Assembly (NCBI RefSeq): GCF_000014265.1
Contig: NC_008312.1
Location: 3,810,001-3,842,000 of the forward strand
DNA length: 32,000 nt
Direction of reading: 5' to 3'
Source of the DNA: Trichodesmium erythraeum IMS101
Lineage (GTDB): Bacteria > Cyanobacteriota > Cyanobacteriia > Cyanobacteriales > Microcoleaceae
A model generated the notes under the pieces. The model did not search any database. It was not told the origin of the DNA and saw only the letters and a program-made list of their open reading frames with translations. Position numbers and translations under genes: made by a program. Below, one piece after another: positions 27,647-32,000 of the stretch. The first letter of the stretch is position 1; every line of letters starts with the position of its first letter.

Positions 27647-30600
27647 CTAAGCACTAAAATATCTAGCAACAGGATGATAGATAACAAAAGCAGTAGTTGT
27701 TTGCTCTGGATAAAGCTGTTCGCTCTCATCAATTGATACCCCAATGCGATCAGCTCCCAATAATTGCAACTGTGGCACTTGATCGATAACTACCGGACAA
27801 GCTGGATAGCCAAAACTATACCGAGAACCCTGATACCTTTGAGCTAATATATCGCGAATGTTATCTGGCTCTAAATCCCCATAACCTAACTCCCGCCGAA
27901 TCCTGGCGTGACTCCATTCTGCTAAGGCTTCCGCCAACTGCACCGCCATACCGTGGAAATAGAGATAATTGGTGTACTCGTTCCCTTGATAAAGTTCCTG
28001 TGCTTTCTGAGTAGCAATTTCTCCCATAGTTACTGCCTGCATAGGCAAAACATCAAATTGATCATGCTCAAGGGGGCGGATGAAATCAGCAATACACAGG
28101 CGACGCATGGATTTCTGACGGGGGAATGTCCAAGTGACAAACGGGGTTGCTGTTGTAGGTGTTAAGCCCTGCTCAATAACACTCGGATCGTAAACATGAA
28201 CGGAATTGCCGATGGCTGCACAAGGGAAATAACCATAAACTAGAGTCGGCTCCAACCATTGTTCAGTGCGAACTTTTTGCTTCCATTCTTCCAAGATCGG
28301 ATAAACCTTTGATGCCAGGAACCAATCATATTCCTCACGAGGTTGGCCTTTCGGTTTACGGAATTGCCATTGACCAGCGAACAGTGCCTGTAAATCCATG
28401 TACCAGAACAGTTCTTCTAGCTTTAGATCACCACTCTGAAGAATTTTCGTGCCCCAGAAAGGTGGTGCAGGACGTTCGATATCAATCGCTACGTCTGTCG
28501 AACGTTTAGTATCAATTACAGTGGGTTTATTGGGTTTCTTTCCATTACCATTGACTTCTCCATCGGATTTCTCCCCATCACCGTTGAGTTCTCGTTCTAA
28601 ATCTTTGATTGCTTTGCGTCCCCTTTGGTTAAACTGAGCAAACTCCCCTGTAAAGCCTTCGGTATCGACCCAGCAATCCTTATCTTTGGCGGGCATCAGC
28701 CGATCCATAAAGGTCAAATCTGCAAAAGCATCTTTACCGTAAATGACCTGCCCTTGGTAAGTATCTTGACAATCACCATAAACAAATTTTGGTGTGAGTG
28801 CAGCACCACCTAAAATCACTGGTACTGTAATACCTTTAGCATTAAATGCTGCAAGATTTTCTTTCATGAATGCTGTAGATTTCACCAGCAAGCCACTCAT
28901 AGCAATACAATCAGGTTTATGCTGCTCATAAGCTTCGACAATTGCCTCAATTGCTTGTTTAATGCCCAGATTGATGACCTTATAGCCATTATTGGTCAAT
29001 ATGATATCCACCAGATTTTTCCCGATATCATGGACATCGCCTTTAACCGTAGCAATCAGGAATTTACCTTTACCGCGATCTTCGTCCTCTCCTTCTATTT
29101 TTTCCATGTAGGGTTCAAGGAAAGCTACCGCAGATTTCATTGTTTCGGCTGACTGCAACACGAAGGGTAATTGCATTTGACCAGAGCCAAACAGTTCCCC
29201 TACAACCTTCATCCCATCCAGCAAGAAAGTATTGATAATCTCCAGGGCTTTATGACCGGCATCTAAAGCTACCTTTAACGCATCTTCCAATCCAATGCGC
29301 TCGCCATCAATAATATGTTGCTTCAAGCGTTGGTCGATGGGCAAATCTGCTAAGGAAGGGCCAGATCTAGCATCTTTTGCACTCACTCCCGCAAAAATTT
29401 CCGTTAGCTTCGTCAACGGATCGTAGGTGCAAATATCCCCTTCAAATTTGCGATTATCATAAATCAAATCGCAACAGATCTGTTGATGTTCTTCATCAAT
29501 CTTTGATAACGGTAAAATCTTGGCAGCCGAGACAATTGCCCCATCCATCCCTGCTTTCATCGCTTCATTGAGGAAGATCGAATTTAAGGTGATGCGAGTG
29601 GCTGGACTCAAGCCAAAAGAAATGTTAGAGACCCCTAACATAAAATGGACACCGGGCAGATTTTCCCGAATCAGTCGAATTGATTCGATCGTTGCTTTAG
29701 CATTTTCCCGATCCTCCTCAATTCCAGTTGAAATTGGTAGAGCTAAGGTATCATAGAAAATTTCATGGGGTGGAATTCCAAACTTGAGGGCATCCTTATA
29801 AGCCCGTTGGGCAATCTCAAATTTTTTCTTGGCAGTTCTAGCCATTCCCTCTTCATCGATACAGCCGATGACAACTCCTGCACCATATTCTTTGGCCAAT
29901 TCCAACACTTTAAAAAATCGCTCTTCTCCATCTTCATAGTTGGTGGAATTGAGCAAACATTTACCCCCAGCGACCTTAAGGCCTGCTTCCATTTTGGTCC
30001 ATTCGGTGGAGTCAAGCATCAGTGGGAGGGTCGTATTAGTCACCAGTCGCGATACCAGTTCTCGCATATCCCGTTCTCCATCACGCCCGACGTAATCCAC
30101 GTTTACATCTAGCATATGGGCGCCTTCTTTGACCTGGGATTTAGCGATCGCCAATAACCCATCCCAATCATCTTCATTCAAAAGCTTGCGGACTTTCTTA
30201 GAACCACTGGCATTTAATCGCTCGCCAACGATTAAAAAAGAATTATCCTGCTCATAGGTTTGGGCAGAATAAATGGAAGCTGCTGCTGGGGTATAGGAGA
30301 GAGGCGTTCTAACCTTACCCACAGCATTTTTTCGTACCGATCGCTCTTTTAGTGGGGTTTCTTCCACAGCATCGGCTAATGCTTGAATATGTGCTGGACG
30401 GGTACCGCAGCAGCCACCGACAATTTGAACTCCATACTGACCAATGAACTCAGACATGGACGTTTTAAATTCTAGCGGGGTCATTTTATAATGAGCCTGA
30501 CCGCCAATATTTTCTGGTAGCCCCGCATTGGGAATACAAGAAATGGGGAATGGTGAATTTTCTGATAGATATTTGATATGAGAGGTCATCAAATTTGGAC

Positions 30601-31321
30601 CTGTCGCACAATTTAGACCCAAAATATCAATGGGGAAAGGCTCCAGAATTGCTAACACCCCAGAGATATCTGTTCCCACCAACATAGTTCCCTGAATTTC
30701 CATGGTCACGGATACCATTAAGGGGAGTCTGGATCCTTTTTTGGCAAATACCGCCTCAAAGGCACTCAATGCTGCCTTAATTTGCAGAACATCTTGACAG
30801 GTTTCCACTATGAAAAGATCGGCTCCCCCGTCATAAAGACCTTCTGCTTGCACCATGAAGCTCGCTTTTAATTCATCATAGGTAATATGACCGAGGGTGG
30901 GTAGCTTGGTTCCTGGACCGATGGAACCTGCGACGAATCTAGGTTTTTCGGGACTCGTAAACTCATCCGCACAACTACGCGCCAATTCTGCTGCCTTTCT
31001 ACTTAGCTCGTAGGCGCGATCGGCTAGATTGTACTCGGCGAGGACTAAGGGGCTAGATCCAAAGCTATCAGTCTCGACAACATCTGCCCCTGCTGCCAGA
31101 AAATCACGATGGACTTTCGCCACTGCTTCTGGCTTCGTGACGACTAAATATTCATTACAACCTTCATATTCCGCTCCACCAAAATCCTCGGCGGTCAAGT
31201 TTTGAGATTGGATGTTAGTTCCCATCGCACCATCAAAGATCAGTACTGGGCGATCTGGACTCTGGAGCCGTTGGAGAAATGAAGTCTTTAACTGAGGTTT
31301 TGGAATTTCAACACTTAGCAT
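27647..31321 (-). CDS. metH: Cobalamin-dependent methionine synthase
   Basis: The 1224-aa protein has all modules in order: homocysteine S-methyltransferase domain ([11 protein letters not shown]), pterin-binding domain, B12-binding domain with GDVHDIGKN, and the C-terminal AdoMet activation domain. Confidence 0.96.
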   Translation of the reverse strand: MLSVEIPKPQLKTSFLQRLQSPDRPVLIFDGAMGTNIQSQNLTAEDFGGAEYEGCNEYLVVTKPEAVAKVHRDFLAAGADVVETDSFGSSPLVLAEYNLADRAYELSRKAAELARSCADEFTSPEKPRFVAGSIGPGTKLPTLGHITYDELKASFMVQAEGLYDGGADLFIVETCQDVLQIKAALSAFEAVFAKKGSRLPLMVSVTMEIQGTMLVGTDISGVLAILEPFPIDILGLNCATGPNLMTSHIKYLSENSPFPISCIPNAGLPENIGGQAHYKMTPLEFKTSMSEFIGQYGVQIVGGCCGTRPAHIQALADAVEETPLKERSVRKNAVGKVRTPLSYTPAAASIYSAQTYEQDNSFLIVGERLNASGSKKVRKLLNEDDWDGLLAIAKSQVKEGAHMLDVNVDYVGRDGERDMRELVSRLVTNTTLPLMLDSTEWTKMEAGLKVAGGKCLLNSTNYEDGEERFFKVLELAKEYGAGVVIGCIDEEGMARTAKKKFEIAQRAYKDALKFGIPPHEIFYDTLALPISTGIEEDRENAKATIESIRLIRENLPGVHFMLGVSNISFGLSPATRITLNSIFLNEAMKAGMDGAIVSAAKILPLSKIDEEHQQICCDLIYDNRKFEGDICTYDPLTKLTEIFAGVSAKDARSGPSLADLPIDQRLKQHIIDGERIGLEDALKVALDAGHKALEIINTFLLDGMKVVGELFGSGQMQLPFVLQSAETMKSAVAFLEPYMEKIEGEDEDRGKGKFLIATVKGDVHDIGKNLVDIILTNNGYKVINLGIKQAIEAIVEAYEQHKPDCIAMSGLLVKSTAFMKENLAAFNAKGITVPVILGGAALTPKFVYGDCQDTYQGQVIYGKDAFADLTFMDRLMPAKDKDCWVDTEGFTGEFAQFNQRGRKAIKDLERELNGDGEKSDGEVNGNGKKPNKPTVIDTKRSTDVAIDIERPAPPFWGTKILQSGDLKLEELFWYMDLQALFAGQWQFRKPKGQPREEYDWFLASKVYPILEEWKQKVRTEQWLEPTLVYGYFPCAAIGNSVHVYDPSVIEQGLTPTTATPFVTWTFPRQKSMRRLCIADFIRPLEHDQFDVLPMQAVTMGEIATQKAQELYQGNEYTNYLYFHGMAVQLAEALAEWSHARIRRELGYGDLEPDNIRDILAQRYQGSRYSFGYPACPVVIDQVPQLQLLGADRIGVSIDESEQLYPEQTTTAFVIYHPVARYFSA

Positions 31322-31550
31322 AGGCGTAATGGTTATAGTTGGTCTCAGACTTCTCCTGCAACCTTTTTATTTTTTACCCCAAAGCAAGTCAAAGAATTGC
31401 AGATTGCATTCTCGCAGATTACAGATTTACCCCTACTTAAAAGACGGTGGCAAGGGAAGTGTAGATTGTAATTTTTTGGTTAATTGTTAATTTTTGAGGG
31501 TAGATTTTAGATTTACCAATGCTTGAACGCAAAGGAACCTTTATCTACTC

Positions 31551-31613
31551 AATCTCCAATCTCCAATCTCCAATCTCCAATCTCCAATCTCCAATCTCCA
31601 ATCTCCAATCTTC
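31551..31613. repeat. Heptanucleotide tandem repeat (AATCTCC x8 plus one imperfect unit)
   Basis: aatctcc is repeated 8 times perfectly from 31551 to 31606, followed by aatcttc. It lies about 230 bp upstream of the metH start codon. This is the STRR-like class of repeat known from filamentous cyanobacteria. Confidence 0.95.
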
Positions 31614-31932
31614 GGTCAGTTTGGAAGGCTGAGGAGAATATTTTTAAGAATAATAATCATTCTCAAACTTAATATAACATAAAAATACTTTATTATTCAT
31701 TTACAATTATTTCTAGTTAGGAGCACCACAACCAATATTCATTGAAAAAAAATTTATATGATCAGGTCTCCAATAGTGAAAAGGTCAGAGGTGAGAGTTT
31801 GTCCCTTAACTTTTGGCTTTCTTCCTGTAATTGTTTAACTTTCGAGTTGAGTTATTTTACCAGATTTAGTATACTTTTAATTCTTGAAATACTCCGGCCT
31901 CTGCAATGTTTGCTGAGTAAAATGTGGGTAAA

Positions 31933-32000
31933 ATGATTGCAGTAATTTGGCCGTTAATTTTTCTGATGATAGTTTTTGTGTCATGGTTTATCTTCTACAA
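31933..32000 (+). CDS. Possible start of a membrane protein (runs off the right edge)
   Basis: The ATG at 31933 is followed by MIAVIWPLIFLMIVFVSWFIFY, which is open to the window end. Only 22 codons are visible. Confidence 0.2.
   Translation, partial: MIAVIWPLIFLMIVFVSWFIFY

Noticed and set aside
27953-30112. Many 60-115-aa ORFs overlapping metH on either strand (27953, 28309, 28449, 28625, 28919, 29377, 29520, 29743, 29765)
   Set aside because: All are nested in or antisense to the 1224-aa MetH frame, which is unambiguous. The same applies to 24325-24555, 24478-24696, 24581-24841 and 24775-24978 within or overlapping lldD.
31322-31550. Cobalamin, SAM or SAH riboswitch in the metH leader
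   Set aside because: I found no B12-box-like or other recognisable conserved riboswitch core by eye on the minus strand. B12 riboswitches usually control metE or transport genes rather than metH. A covariance-model scan would be needed to exclude one formally.
31742-31936. 64-aa plus-strand ORF near the right edge
   Set aside because: It uses TTG as its first codon, has low-complexity composition and has no supporting signals.

Overview
AT-rich cyanobacterial chromosomal window. At least 12 HIP1 palindromes (GCGATCGC) are present, e.g. at 7781, 8125, 8152, 14741, 16139, 16911, 19135 and 19596. Only about half of the window is intact CDS, and it holds many IS relics and pseudogenes. Together with an intein-laden sugar-nucleotide gene, this matches my recollection of Trichodesmium erythraeum, but I cannot verify that without a search.

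Left to right:
- The N-terminus of a membrane-anchored protein that runs off the left edge.
- A minus-strand UDP-xylose pathway pair: a UDP-glucuronate decarboxylase-like gene followed by UDP-glucose 6-dehydrogenase. The decarboxylase gene is interrupted by two large LAGLIDADG-type inteins, so a 1083-aa precursor encodes a host protein of about 317 aa.
- A 1.1 kb ORF-free spacer.
- An orphan 335-aa protein.
- A decayed TPR-CHAT gene. Its TPR part is a 24-25 unit, near-identical 138-bp tandem array. Its CHAT end is cut off at a 135-bp direct-repeat element.
- IS630 and IS1 transposase relics.
- A plus-strand cluster of three IsiA/Pcb-type (CP43-like) chlorophyll-binding protein genes. The third is fused to a C-terminal PsaL domain.
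- A CpcG/CpcL-type phycobilisome rod linker with a C-terminal membrane anchor.
- TnpB and IS5-like relics.
- A minus-strand run of lldD-like FMN dehydrogenase, hisI and metH. Each is followed by a copy (one intact, one frameshifted, one fragment) of the same roughly 160-aa gene of unknown function.
- A heptanucleotide tandem repeat upstream of metH.

I found no CRISPR array, rRNA or convincing tRNA. The most notable items are the double-intein gene, the photosystem-I antenna island (IsiA-like x3 including IsiA-PsaL, plus CpcL), the concerted-evolution TPR array in a dying CHAT gene, and the dispersed gene-sized paralog.
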